From Octopus vulgaris (Eukaryota): 64,000 nucleotides of DNA. The notes beneath the pieces were generated by a model that made no database searches, was not told where the DNA came from, and saw only the letters and a program-made list of their open reading frames with translations. Location: positions 40,548,001 through 40,612,000 of the forward strand of contig OX597823.1 of the NCBI GenBank assembly GCA_951406725.2, given 5' to 3'. Both the position numbers and the translations under genes were made by a program. This document shows, in pieces, positions 45,051-57,576 of this stretch; the stretch's first letter is position 1; each line of letters begins with the position of its first letter.

Positions 45051-47031
45051 CCTATATGATTCTCTCAGATACACACATAAAGTTTTTAGTAAGAAATATT
45101 TCAGAGAACTTCATTTAATAACAATGTGCTAATTAGTTGAAATGTGTTTAAACCCATATCATCACGGATCGTGCCGGTTTATGTTCAGAGATTTTTCCAG
45201 CCATTACCACTTCGAATTATTTTCAGGTTTATGATTCGATTTCTTAAGACGGCAAAGAAGGAAGGAGATTGAGCGAAGATTTGGTTGTCATGTGCATGTA
45301 TGTTTATGAGTTGCCAGCATCACTGTGTGTGAGTATCTAATAAGCAGTGATAATTATTTTTATATTATATGTTTATTTACAACAAACTTAAAGAGATTCC
45401 AACGCAAAACATAGCAGATTCTATTATCTAAGTGGCAAATCATAAAAAAAAACATACTTTACACGATATTTTCAAGTGTTAACAAATGAAAAACAAACTT
45501 CAAGATTCTCGTTGAAATAACGAATGTCCAAAATAAATGATAAATAACGTTTTCACGCTGCAAATTCTTCAGTGGATTTTTTTATCAATAGTTTCTGTTT
45601 TTCTCATTGATTTAATAGTATATCGTCATTACACTAGCTGAAACAGCAGCATACTGCATTACTAAATAACTTTTCAATTTTCAGCTTGATTCCTCTAAAC
45701 TGAAATGTCGTTATCGTTGATTTTACCCTTCATTATGTTGGAGCTGATAAAGTAAATAGCAGTAATATACTGACGTAGATCTAATTTATTTTATCCCCCC
45801 GCTTCACTATGAATTTGTGAAAATTGATTTCCTGGTTAATCGAAACAAGTCAATATTATACTGTAATTGTATTTTCACCAATTTATTCAAATAAGTTTTA
45901 GATGTCTACATTTTATTTTGAGAGACACCAATTTCTTCAATCAGGAATACTATTTAAATAGATAAATTCTTTATACCTACGGGATGAGAAATATTTATTA
46001 CTAAAATGTGTGTTTGTGTGTTTGTGTGTTTGTTTGTGTGTGTGTTTGTTTGTGTGTGTGTGTGTTTGTGTGTGTGTGTGACGTTTTACCTTTGACCTAT
46101 AGTATACTGTTTGGAATCAAATTCTTCCCACAGTTCAAAGTATGTGTTTTTACTTGAAATCAGATGATTTACCTTGATACTTCTTTTTCTCGGATGATGT
46201 TCTTATTTCATTTCTCGGATCCTACGCTGTGTAAGGGGTGATTTTAAGATTTGTCTAGAAATTTTGATGTACTTTAATATTGAACAGTTTTGAAATGAAT
46301 TGACTGGAAGAAAGATTGTTACAATTTACATTGTCGATAGCTATCGCTAAATTAAAGAAAAACAGCTCCAATTGGTTTGGAAGAATGAATAATCAAAGAG
46401 TTAGAGCAAAATGTTATATCAAATACTGATGGAATAACCAGAAAATGACATCCCCCGATAGCCGTATTGCAGTTGTAACTTACTTTTATCTTTCATTAAA
46501 AGATGCAGGGTCTACCAAATGCTGTGTTGATTTTATAAACGTGGAAATTTTGTTATGCAACAGAGTTCATAAATAGTAGGAATGGGGCTGCTCATTTCTA
46601 CTTATTTGGTATTGAAAAACGGATGTGGCAATGTTGTGGCCAAATTACAATAAGACTACAGTATTTAAGATGGAATAAAAATTTCCAAATACTCATTCAT
46701 ATGAATGCATAATTAAAGGCGACAGTTGTCAGGAAAGATGAATATTATAGAAAGCATAATATTATGTTAGGTATTAAACAGATTTTCTGACATCGCTCTG
46801 CCTTTTTCCTTTACATAATTACGTCTTCCATTTCGAATATCTTTCGTAGTGGCAGTCACTAATTATCAAGGTCAGTCACTGAGTAAAATAGATATGATCT
46901 TTCTAACAAATTTATTTGTACATCAATAAATACAGATATAATGACAATATCGGGACAAAAACAGCTAAAGACTTCGAATATTAAGACTTAAATTTTATAT
47001 CATCGCATTAATTTAAATAAGATTTTCTCTC

Positions 47032-47086
<55 letters not shown>

Positions 47087-47131
47087 CCCAGCCTGTCTGA
47101 CTGTTTATCTGTAGATATAGGTATTTTATTT

Positions 47132-47466
47132 TTATTACCCCACCGCCTTCGCTAAGGCAGAGGTAGTGTATTCAGTCGCGTTTGTTTGTCCGTGGACAAG
47201 ATATCTCAAGAACCGCTGAATGAATTCGGATGAAACTTTCAGGGATGTTTGGCCTCGTGACTGGCACGAGCAGATTAGATTTTGGGATTTTCCCTGTAGT
47301 TTTCCTAAAAATTTTGAGAGCGGTCGGGTTCATTTTTTAGTTTCTCGTTTGTGAGAGCAGTCGAGTTTATTTCAGATATTCTAATTTTAAAATCATCTCC
47401 GGCTAATCGTTGAGAAGGCGCTGGTGTTGTATTGGCTGAGGTTTGCGCTCTCTGAGTGCTATTGTT
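47132..47466 (+). mobile_element. Non-autonomous Helentron/HINE (DINE-1-like) element
   Basis: T-rich start, 5' hairpin CCGCCTT-CGCT-AAGGCAG, GTTT/GTCC microsatellite, 3' GGCTGAGGT sub-TIR and terminal hairpin GCGCTC-TCT-GAGTGC before TT. Confidence 0.65.
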
Positions 47467-47671
47467 TTATCTGGGTTTTTAAAAAAAATTTTATCTTGGT
47501 TCCTCATCAACAATAGCATCGACAACTGCTAGAGTAAGGCGAAGCGGCTGCAGACACACTTGTATACTAATGTCGTAGGTTTACCAATCAATCTTCACTT
47601 TTGGTATATGTACTTAAGGAAAACAAAAGGAAAAGCCGAATACGGTGCTGTAGCATATAAGTACTATCGTG

Positions 47672-48040
47672 GCACTCCGTCGGTTACGATGACAAGGGTT
47701 ACAGTTGATCCGATCAACGAAACAACCTGCTCGTGAAATTAACGTGTAAGTGGCTGAGCACTCCACATACACGTGTACTCTTAATGTAGTTCTCGAAGAG
47801 ATTCAGCGTGACACAGAGTGTGACAAGGCTGGCTCTTTGAAATACAGGTACCACAAAGACAGGAAAAAAGAGTGAGAGAAAGTTGTGGTGAAAGAATACA
47901 GCTGGGCTTGTCCACCCCCACCGCCGGAGCCTCGTGGAGCTTTAGGTGTTTTCGCTCAATAAACACTCACAACGCCCGGTCTGGGAATCGAAACCGCGAT
48001 TCTACGACCGCAAGTCCGCTGCATTAACCACTGGGCCATT
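47672..48040 (-). mobile_element. tRNA-Arg-derived SINE (family A)
   Basis: Reverse-complement match to the 44672-45050 copy. Confidence 0.9.
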
Positions 48041-49377
48041 TCTCTCCTCCCCCCCACGCATATGTAAAATTTCCTTTTTTTCCTCTCTCTCTATCTCTTT
48101 CTCTTAAGTACTGCACTGTACTCGCAAAATTATGACAAAACTTCAAAATCATATTCCCAAATAAGCAAACTACATTTTTTTAAATGATGATGGCTACTAA
48201 CAAATATTTCATTGTTGCGAAACTTCAACATTTGGTAGAACTAAAGCAAAAAGTTGAAATATAAAAGAAAACATTCTTTGTAATATTTGAGAAAACAATT
48301 GAACGATTCCAGACATTATCCAAAGACTTTACCGAAAGTTAGAGATCATAAAAAGAAAAGAAAATTGAAGAAATATATAAAAATAAATTGAAAAATAAGT
48401 GAAAAAAATCAAAAATAGACGTTAAATATGTCAGCTGTTACCCACCTTAATATAGCATGGCTAACCATGCACAATGGTGGAACTATAACTTAAGTCATGC
48501 GCAATTTTGCAGCTATAACTTGGATAAATTAATGAGGGAACTGCACATAGTTTAAAACTATCGATTATACATTTTAATGTCAATTTTTTTTTACCCAGCC
48601 GTTTAGCGGTTCAATAATTTATCGATATTTAGCCCGTGATTGTTTAAATGTCAGTTTAAATCTGTCTGTGTTACCACCGGGATGCAAAAATATTTACCAT
48701 ATTTTTGATTTGAAAGTCATAACAATAGCAATATATTCTTGGTCTTGTGTTGATTTCTTTACGTTTTTCATTTTAAATTCGTTTATGCTGACCAATTGAT
48801 TTCGTTTATGTGCTTATAAAAAAAGATTTCTACGAATATTATTATTGTATACGTTCATTGACAATTGATATAGTCATTTCTATTGTAACATTAAAAAAAA
48901 AAGCTCACTCACACATTCGCATATACTACGACATCCCACATACGTAATACAAATGTAGTCATAAATAGGTCGTAGATATTCAACTGACCTATTTGTTTAC
49001 GTACACACATACACACGCACGCACACACACAAACATATATATGTGTGTATAAATCTAAACATATATGTGCGTGTGTGTTCCTGTGTGTGTATTAAAAAAA
49101 AATTTATAGCACTTTTAAAAGTAGCTAGTCAATATTCAGTTTTGCAGTTATTCTATACTGAGAGCAACGTTAGATATATTATAATGACCGAGATGAATAG
49201 GGCATCAAGTTTCGCTCATCAGCTTGGCCAAACAGTGAGGGGATTTTATCTATTAGTGCCTTTGAATGGGGAGTTGAACTTTGACAAAAAAGCTGTTTTC
49301 ATCCATAGACAAAAACTGAAGTCCCGCTTTATTTGATTCTCACAGTTAATATACGATATATCTCTGCGCATATGTAA

Positions 49378-49425
<48 letters not shown>

Positions 49426-49608
49426 ACACACAAACACATACACATAAAATCTTTATTATAGGCACAATGGCCTGAATGAAGAGGGGACATAACAATACAA
49501 TACAGGATATGGGGTACATATAACAAAAATACAGAAAGGATGATATGAAGTGAAATATTAACAATTAATTAAATGAAATGGCTTACGGGCCCCACAAAGC
49601 TCGCAGTT

Positions 49609-51017
49609 TCATTTAGAATTACAGTTATGCCATCTGGAGTGTTCGTCAGTAATGTAAACGAGTAATTCATCCTGTTCTATAACGCCGGGCAAACTGTCAT
49701 ATCTAACGTAGTGCGCTATGCACACAGCTGTATTTGAAAACAAATTTATTAATTTATTTACCGTCTCTTTTTCCACTATTGCAGCCTTTATTTGGTTATC
49801 GTATATCCTCGGGTTCAATTTCACTCTCGTTAGATTTTTTCATTATCGCTAATTTTTTTCTCAATTTCTTTATCTTTTTTGTACAACATTACAGCTTTGA
49901 GATTTCTTCCTTTGGGTCTTCCTCCTTCTTTGCATGTTTTCAGACATTCTTCCACTTTTGTTGACCATTTTTCCGTTTCATCCCACGCTGGACCCTCACT
50001 CACTTTAGTTGCTGTATCTCTCCCTTCGTGAGTTCGATCCTCTGTCTCATCGGCAGACTTCTTTTTAGTTTTTTTTCTTTTTTTGGTCTTTGGGTGGTGA
50101 TTCCACCCGTGTTCGCTTTCTATCCTCTTTTTCTTCTGTTCTTTCCTTTTCTTTCTCCTTCACTAACTCGTCGCCACTTTCTATATTATCTGTTGTCATG
50201 ATCTCTTCTTCCGCTTGTAGTTCTACATTCTCTTTTTCTAACTCCTCTGTCAAAGCTTTTATTCCTTCCTCCAGTGTTATCGTCTTCTCTTGTATTCCTT
50301 TTTGAGGACACACATCCTTCATGTGCCCTCTGCTTTTACATTTATAACACACTGGAGGTCTCCCCTCCACCACGACTCTCAGTCGTATCTCGTCGGGGAA
50401 TACCAACTCCTCCGGAATGTTGTACAAATCTGGCATGGTTATGTGGATTAGGGTTTCCACCGCATAACCCCACCAGTTTATTTCATTCGACTTTTCCACC
50501 TTGAGTATGTCCACGTCCTCCTTGCAGTTGTAAATTATTGCAGCTACTATTCTTTCGGTATCAAGGTCCGGTGGAATTTTGCTTATACGTACCCGCGCCA
50601 CTCTTCTTCCACAATAATTAGGAAGTAATACCCATTTTTCTGGACTCAACACTGTCGTTGCATTCCTTTTTGCTTCAACTTCCTTTTCGAAGCGAACTTC
50701 TACTGTTGCGTATTTTCTACCTGTATTGTAGAAGGTAGTTATTCCTTTTATTTCTTGTAAACATTTTTCAATCTCTTCTACTTCTGCCACTTCTATTCTT
50801 TTTGAGACCACATTCCATGTTCTATATGCTATGGTTTTTTCCTCTGTTTTTTTTTAACTTCGTCTTCAGGTGGTGTAATCCTCAGACAGCCTCCTTCCTT
50901 TTTGAAGCTGTCACAGTATTTCCTCAGATTTTCTTTCTCAATAATAATTTTTTTTAACTGTAATACATTCGCAGACAGGCTTTTACCTGCTGCTTTCACA
51001 TAAGTCGGAGCTTGCAT
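49609..51017 (-). pseudogene. LINE ORF1 (gag-like nucleic-acid-binding protein, CCHC zinc knuckle), ~469 aa when three 1-bp indels in A runs are corrected
   Basis: Joins ORFs 50829..51035, 50065..50811, an open stretch ~50069-49841 and 49609..49824. N-terminus MQAPTYVKAAG, RRM-like ATVEVRF / RVRISKIPP, then VVVEGRPPVCYKCKSRGHMKDVC (CX2CX4HX4C) and a charged linker. Shifts at 50847-55, ~50069-76 and 49835-40; no nonsense codons. Confidence 0.8.
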
Positions 51018-51135
51018 ACCCAACAAAGAATTCAACAGTTATAACGTTCAACACGACGCAACAGTTTTCAACAACAATAATCAACAAAATTCAATTCACA
51101 ACCGCAAATCCGAAAAACCGACACAAACACTTCCG

Positions 51136-51164
51136 CGCGATATTACCCTGTGCCAGGTAAGTAT
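51136..51164 (-). ncRNA. 5'-terminal fragment of U1 snRNA (~29 nt), not a full gene
   Basis: ATACTTACCTGGCA equals the conserved first 14 nt of metazoan U1; the continuation CAGGGTAATATCGCG resembles the start of stem-loop I; rest of U1 (Sm site) absent. Confidence 0.65.
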
Positions 51165-51173
51165 GACACACGC

Positions 51174-51278
<105 letters not shown>

Positions 51279-51288
51279 AATATATCAG

Positions 51289-51805
51289 CAATAATAAGTC
51301 TCTGAGCGATATATATACAGTAGCAGCACGACATCGTGAAGTATATTCGCCACCTAAATGTGGCTAACCCTTAAGGGCCAATGCTGCTGTAGCTTGTCGC
51401 CCCAGGAAGACATCGCCTCCAGCTGGCTATTGTAACACTATCTGTGCCCTATCAGTATTTACAAAGAGAAGTCATCATTCCCATCTCCAGCCTGACGGGT
51501 ATTGACCCGTCATCAGCGTGTGACAACCACCGGTTGGCGATGGGAAGTGATTCTCCAATGCAAATATATATATACATTTTCCAGTGACAAAAATTCACTG
51601 ATCTCGAAAACGTGGGGACAAACAATAATAAATCTCTGAGCAAGATATAAACAGTAGCAGCGCGACATCATGAACTATATTTGCCACCTAGATGTGGCTA
51701 ACTCTTAAGGATAGATGCTACTGTAGCTACTGTAGCTTGTAGCTCCAGGAAGACATCTCCTGTTGGCTATTGACACACTATCTGTGCCCAATAAGTATTT
51801 GCAAA
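51289..51805 (+). repeat. Direct duplication (~180 bp, ~333 bp apart)
   Basis: AATAATAAGTCTCTGAGC...CTATCTGTGCCC..AGTATTT at ~51289-51465 repeated at ~51622-51805. Confidence 0.85.
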
Positions 51806-51843
51806 ATATTTATTTATGTATGCATATATATGTGTGTATGTAC

Positions 51844-51895
<52 letters not shown>

Positions 51896-51989
51896 ATATC
51901 AGGGTAGCAAAAAATTCAAGAGAAATTTTTTCGCCACCAGCGGTCCAGTGAGAAAAAAAAATAGTCAACAGACTATATAACGTACATTC

Positions 51990-52209
51990 AACAATATTAA
52001 GGAATGGCCTTCGTAGGCCATTCGACCCACTAGAAAGAGCAGCTAAACTCAAACCGCTAAATAGTAGTAATTCAGAAATCAAAGGATAATAAAAGGGTAA
52101 ATGTTTTTATTTTCCTTTGATTTCTGAATTACTACTATTAAGCGGTTTGAGTTTAGCTGCTCTTTCTAGTGGGTCGAATGGTGTATCAAGGCCATTCCTT
52201 AATATTGTT
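51990..52209. repeat. ~105-bp-arm near-perfect palindrome
   Basis: 51990-52094 pairs with 52104-52209; loop GGGTAAATG; few mismatches. Confidence 0.95.
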
Positions 52210-52264
52210 ATATATAAATATAGGTGTGTGTGTATGTGTGAATGTATGTGTGTGAGTATTGTTT

Positions 52265-52545
52265 TGTCACTAGTTTCAGCTCGAGAGCTGTGGCCATGCT
52301 GGGGTACCACCGTTTTCTTTGTTACACTTTCACTAAACCTCCTCTGATATGTAGCATTTGGCAAATGAGGTAGTTCGATGTTGCTGCCGCGAGGTAGGTT
52401 CATACGGAACTCTTGACAGGAGTGGATCTAGTTTTGTTTTGAAGTAACCTACATCGCCCCATGCAGCTCTCCCAGGCTCTGTGGGAAGGTACTGAAGAGC
52501 TGTAAGCCCTAGAAACCGAAGCCGTTGTAACATCTAGTCCTGTAT
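52265..52545 (-). mobile_element. 3' end of a CR1-group LINE (ORF2 C-terminus plus tail)
   Basis: Translation CYNGFGF*GLQLFSTFPQSLGELHG / DVGYFKTKLDPLLSRVPYEPTS matches the typical ORF2 end; tail GGTACCCCAGCATGGCCACAGCTCTCGAGCTGAAACTAGT. Confidence 0.7.
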
Positions 52546-52693
52546 CCTGAGGACAATGTTGGGACTTTTAGTATATGTATATATATATATATATATTAAT
52601 GGTCATTAAAGTTGCTACTTCATTGCTGTAGTGAAACTGAATTCCACTTGTCAGTATTTATAGAATTTACCATAGAAATCCATGACAGATGCA

Positions 52694-52737
<44 letters not shown>

Positions 52738-52819
52738 TAAGGAAATGTTTTTTATTCTCAAACGCAGGATAATGTTAATAATATAGTATGAACAGTATAA
52801 TCTACCTATATTTTGCAGA

Positions 52820-52905
52820 AAAATGTGTCGGCGGCCAGCCATAAGGCTCGAACTCACACCGCTGTGGTTACGCGTCGCAGTGCGCTGCCTTTCATCTAAA
52901 CTTCT
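52820..52905 (-). mobile_element. tRNA-like SINE head fragment between ~60-bp direct repeats
   Basis: Minus strand GGTGTGAGTTCGAGCC B box; flanking TTAAGGAA..TTCTCAAACG.AGGAT repeats at ~52737 and ~53029. Confidence 0.45.
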
Positions 52906-53094
52906 GCAAATTCTTCTGCAAATTTAGGATCTATAAATCTCGCTTTATAATACGCTATTGTACGTTAAATTCAAATTACGATGAAATCAAACACAGTTTG
53001 CTTTAGAAGCTTTGAGATGTCTGGAAAGTTAAGGAAGTAATTTTTCATTCTCAAACGTAGGATGCTCATAATATAGCATGAATCAGAATTATAC

Positions 53095-53129
<35 letters not shown>

Positions 53130-54156
53130 GTGTAATAAATAAAATATATGCATACATACAAACATATATGTACGTACCGACATCTACATGTATATATACA
53201 TGCATATATAAATATATATACGTACAGGACACTACAAGAAGACATATATATATATATATATATATGTAACTGCAGGCATGCCTGTGTGGTGTAGAAGAAC
53301 GCTTTGCATCCCAATGGTTTCCCGTTCAGTCATACCGGAAAAAACTGTAAATTAATACAGAAGGAAATTGTGTGGAGCCTGTCATTATAAATGTGTGTCT
53401 GTGTGAGTGTATGTGTGTATATACGTATATATATGTGTGTGTGTGTATATGTCTATGTACACATGTACGTATGAGTGTATGCGTACTTATTAATTTCTCT
53501 GTAGCTGAATAAGCGAACAACACTTCTGGGTTTGATTCAAAAGCGGTCTCTGCTGTTAAATTTCAGAACATACTTCATCAATTTAGAACAATTCAGAATA
53601 ATTTATTACCTATCCCATCATTCATTGCAATATACACATTAGTGAATTAGTGACAATGATCACCACACCTCACAACCTGGTCTTTCGTCCGTCCAAACTA
53701 TTCTTTATCACAATGATTGTGTTTATGACACTATGATGCTTATACATATATACATACATACATACATACATACATACATACATACATACATACATACATA
53801 CATAGATGCACACGTTCATTCATACACACACATATGTTTGTGTATATGCATGTATATATGTATGCATGTGTGTATGTATGCATGTGTGCATGTATGTATT
53901 CATTCACGCACACCCAACTATGTTTATTTTTGTCGATTAAATCTGTATATTTATGTATGTATGCTTATGTATAATTGTTTAATAGAAAACAAGACAATTA
54001 CATACGGCAAGCTCATCACATACCCAACTCCACCCCCGTATTAACTCATATTTCAATATAATTATATATATTTTGCCAGACGTTCTAATTTAATCGGAAA
54101 TTAAAGAAAAATAACACGCATGTGTATACGCTCACGCATACGAAACTTCATAATTA

Positions 54157-54265
<109 letters not shown>

Positions 54266-54303
54266 CCCTCTGTATATGCGTGTGTATGTATATAAACGAG
54301 TGC

Positions 54304-54357
<54 letters not shown>

Positions 54358-54601
54358 GCACTCGTTACCTGTCTGTGTTTGCCTTTCAAGTGCTGTGTTT
54401 TTACTGAGATCCCCCTTTTAGTAGAAGGAATAGCTATATCTCTTTGACTGCTATTTCTAAATTCGGTGTGTTGGTGAGGCAATTCGTTGCTAAACCCTTA
54501 ATTACTTAGTATTACTTAAATTTTCCTCGAATGGGGCTTTTACATGCCGAAATCTACTTGGTGTAATTGATAATTATCCCTAATTAATTAATGTATATCT
54601 A

Positions 54602-54779
<178 letters not shown>

Positions 54780-54818
54780 TACATGTATGTATATGTATAT
54801 ATATATATACACACATGC

Positions 54819-54858
<40 letters not shown>

Positions 54859-55234
54859 GCATACATACATGTATGTATGTATGGATGGATGGATGTAAAT
54901 ACATACGTATATGTAATGATTTATATTTACGCTAAATCGAAAGGTTTAAAAAATAATGTCAAACTACATATTGAAATTACCACGTAATATATTACCTATA
55001 TTATCCCGAAGAAGATTTTTAAATGTTTTATGCATATATTTATCAATATATTTTGGTTTCATTTGCAACCGTCTCTTCCCTCTGGTTGCATTCATACGCC
55101 ATTTCATTATTGCTCATATCCTCAATATTGCCGCTTTTATTGAGCTCTATACGAATCGCTTTGCATAACAGAAATAATTTGATATCATTGAGTAGTATTC
55201 ATCCCAATAATTCCTAAAGGGTAAAGACACCATT

Positions 55235-55500
55235 CGTTTATGAATGGCTATGGAAATGCACTCAGAAGTTCCCCTGTGAGGCACAAGTCCGGGCAAGTTT
55301 GTCGAAGACCAGCAGTCGCTCATGCATACCAGCCTCCCCACTCGACACCACCGATGTTATCCAAGGTAAAGGCCGATACAGCTAGGCGCCAGTGACGTCC
55401 CAACTTCTTTCTACAGCTGAATGAATTGCAGCAACGTGAAATAAAGTGTTTTGCCCGACCCGAGAATCAAACTCACTACACTACACACTGAGCCATGCGC
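55235..55500 (-). mobile_element. SINE, same subfamily as 36305
   Basis: GACCAGCAGTCGCTCATGCATACC...GATGTTATCCAAGG reverse-complement match. Confidence 0.75.
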
Positions 55501-55541
55501 ATATATATATATATATCTGTGTGTGTTTGTGTGTGTATGCG

Positions 55542-55573
<32 letters not shown>

Positions 55574-55737
55574 GATACATATACATATAGCTGTAAATGT
55601 AATATGTGACAACTATTCGGTAGCTATGATAAAACGCTGAGCTTCGGATATCGGGCCGGAAACCCAAGCCGGCATCTGTTCAGTTATCAGGCCACCGAAA
55701 AAAATACCCGGAGTTTTATCATGGCTACCATTTCTAT

Positions 55738-55779
<42 letters not shown>

Positions 55780-55782
<3 letters not shown>

Positions 55783-56058
55783 GCGCAGGTGTGTCTGTGT
55801 GGTAAGAAGATATAGGCGCAGGCGTGGCTGTGTGGTAAGAAGATTAGGTTATTATTTAAATATTCAACCGGTTTGACAAATTTCTTTGATTTTCAAAAGT
55901 TGAGATAGAAAGATATGGAGCTATGCTGCAGCTGTCTTGCTTCCTAGCGAAACCGGTTAAGTCTTTAAATAAAAAATTTAAACGAATCTCGGTATATTTT
56001 CAACTTCTTTTTTCTATATTTCTACCTGTGTGGAATAAAATGACCTTCATATATATAC

Positions 56059-56118
<60 letters not shown>

Positions 56119-56119
56119 A

Positions 56120-56202
<83 letters not shown>

Positions 56203-56546
56203 GTATATATATCATGCACCTTTGGCAAGTGTCTTCAACTATAGCCTCGGGCCGACCAAAGCCTTGTGAGTGGATTTGGTAGACGGAAACTGAGAGAAAC
56301 CCGTCGTATATATGTATATATATGTGTATATGTGTGTTTGTGTGTCTGTGTTTGTCTCCCTAGCATTGCTTGACAACCGGTGCTGTTGTATTTATGTCCC
56401 CGTTACTTAGCGGTTCGGCAAAAGAGACCGATAGAATAAGTACTGGGCTTACAAAATAAAAAGTCCCGGGATCGAGTTGCTCGATTAAAGGCGGTGCTCC
56501 AGCATGGCCGCAGTCAAATGACTGAAACAAGTAGAAGAGTAAAAGA

Positions 56547-56548
<2 letters not shown>
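55780..56548 (+). mobile_element. SINE family C, interrupted (duplicated head 55780-55843, body 56215-56548)
   Basis: TAGGCGCAGG.GTG.CTGTGTGGTAAGAAGA twice, then foreign sequence and microsatellite, then the rest of the SINE. Confidence 0.75.
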
Positions 56549-56592
<44 letters not shown>

Positions 56593-56649
56593 ATAGATGA
56601 TATAAATATATATATATATATATCATATAAATATATATTATACAAATGG

Positions 56650-56696
<47 letters not shown>

Positions 56697-57458
56697 GTAT
56701 GTAAATATAGTTTCGATTCGTGTGTTTCCGTTCTGCTCTTGTCATTGTTACCCGTAGCCAACAACGTAAATTAATGCATTCTCGCGACTTGTTTAAGTAT
56801 CAGTTTTACCGCCAAAATAAGTTGCGATATACGCCTAGTCAATGACCAATTAGATTATCAAACAACGGACATGTGATATGTGATATATGTTGAAGGACTA
56901 AATGCTTTGTGAAAAATACTTCACTCATTTAAAGCTGTTCCTGTTCTGCTTTGTAAACGTACGGCGAATCGTCTAGGATGCTGGTTGCAAGAAATAGACC
57001 TGCACTAAAATATAGAAATTTATATATATATAGTATGATAGATCATTTGTTGATCTTGTCGATGAGCAATTATTTGATGAGCTCAATTGCCAACTACGTA
57101 GCAGACCTGTATATGGCTGAATATTTCTCGGATACAGTTATTATACACAAATATTAGATCGATGCAGTGTGACACAATTTTACAAGTTTTGTCCTTTGAA
57201 ATACAGGCATAGTCCATTTGACGCGATTGGACACAGTTTTCGGTGTCTATCATATTTCAGTCGCAATGCTTGAGTCGATTCTAGGCATGCGTAAAATACG
57301 AAAGTCCAAGAAACCGTGCAGTGGGATCGAATCTGTTGAGCAAAAAGCGAATTGAAAAGCCGCATAACAGTAGGCTCAATGTGTGCGTGAGTAATGTGTG
57401 TGTGTGTGTGTATGTTTGTGTTTATGTGCGCGTGTGTGTGTGTTTGTGTGTGTGTGTG

Positions 57459-57497
<39 letters not shown>

Positions 57498-57576
57498 TTG
57501 AGAAGTAATTTTTCTATCAACTGAATTTCTCACTCTCTGAATTAGTGTAAGTGGCTGAGTATCCAAGACGCATACT

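Larger units (their letters stand above)
49446..51164 (-). mobile_element. ORF1-only non-LTR retroelement (Tx1/L1-like, HAL1-type architecture) with U1 snRNA-like 5' end
   Basis: Minus strand: ATACTTACCTGGCACAGGGTAATATCGCG (51164-51136), T-rich leader, ATG at 51017, ORF1 to 49609, ~160-nt 3' UTR with AATAAA (49457-49452). Flanked on both sides by TG/TA microsatellite; no endonuclease/RT ORF2. Confidence 0.75.

Noticed and set aside
48470-48500. CACAATGG Transib-like terminus
   Set aside because: No matching inverted terminus found.
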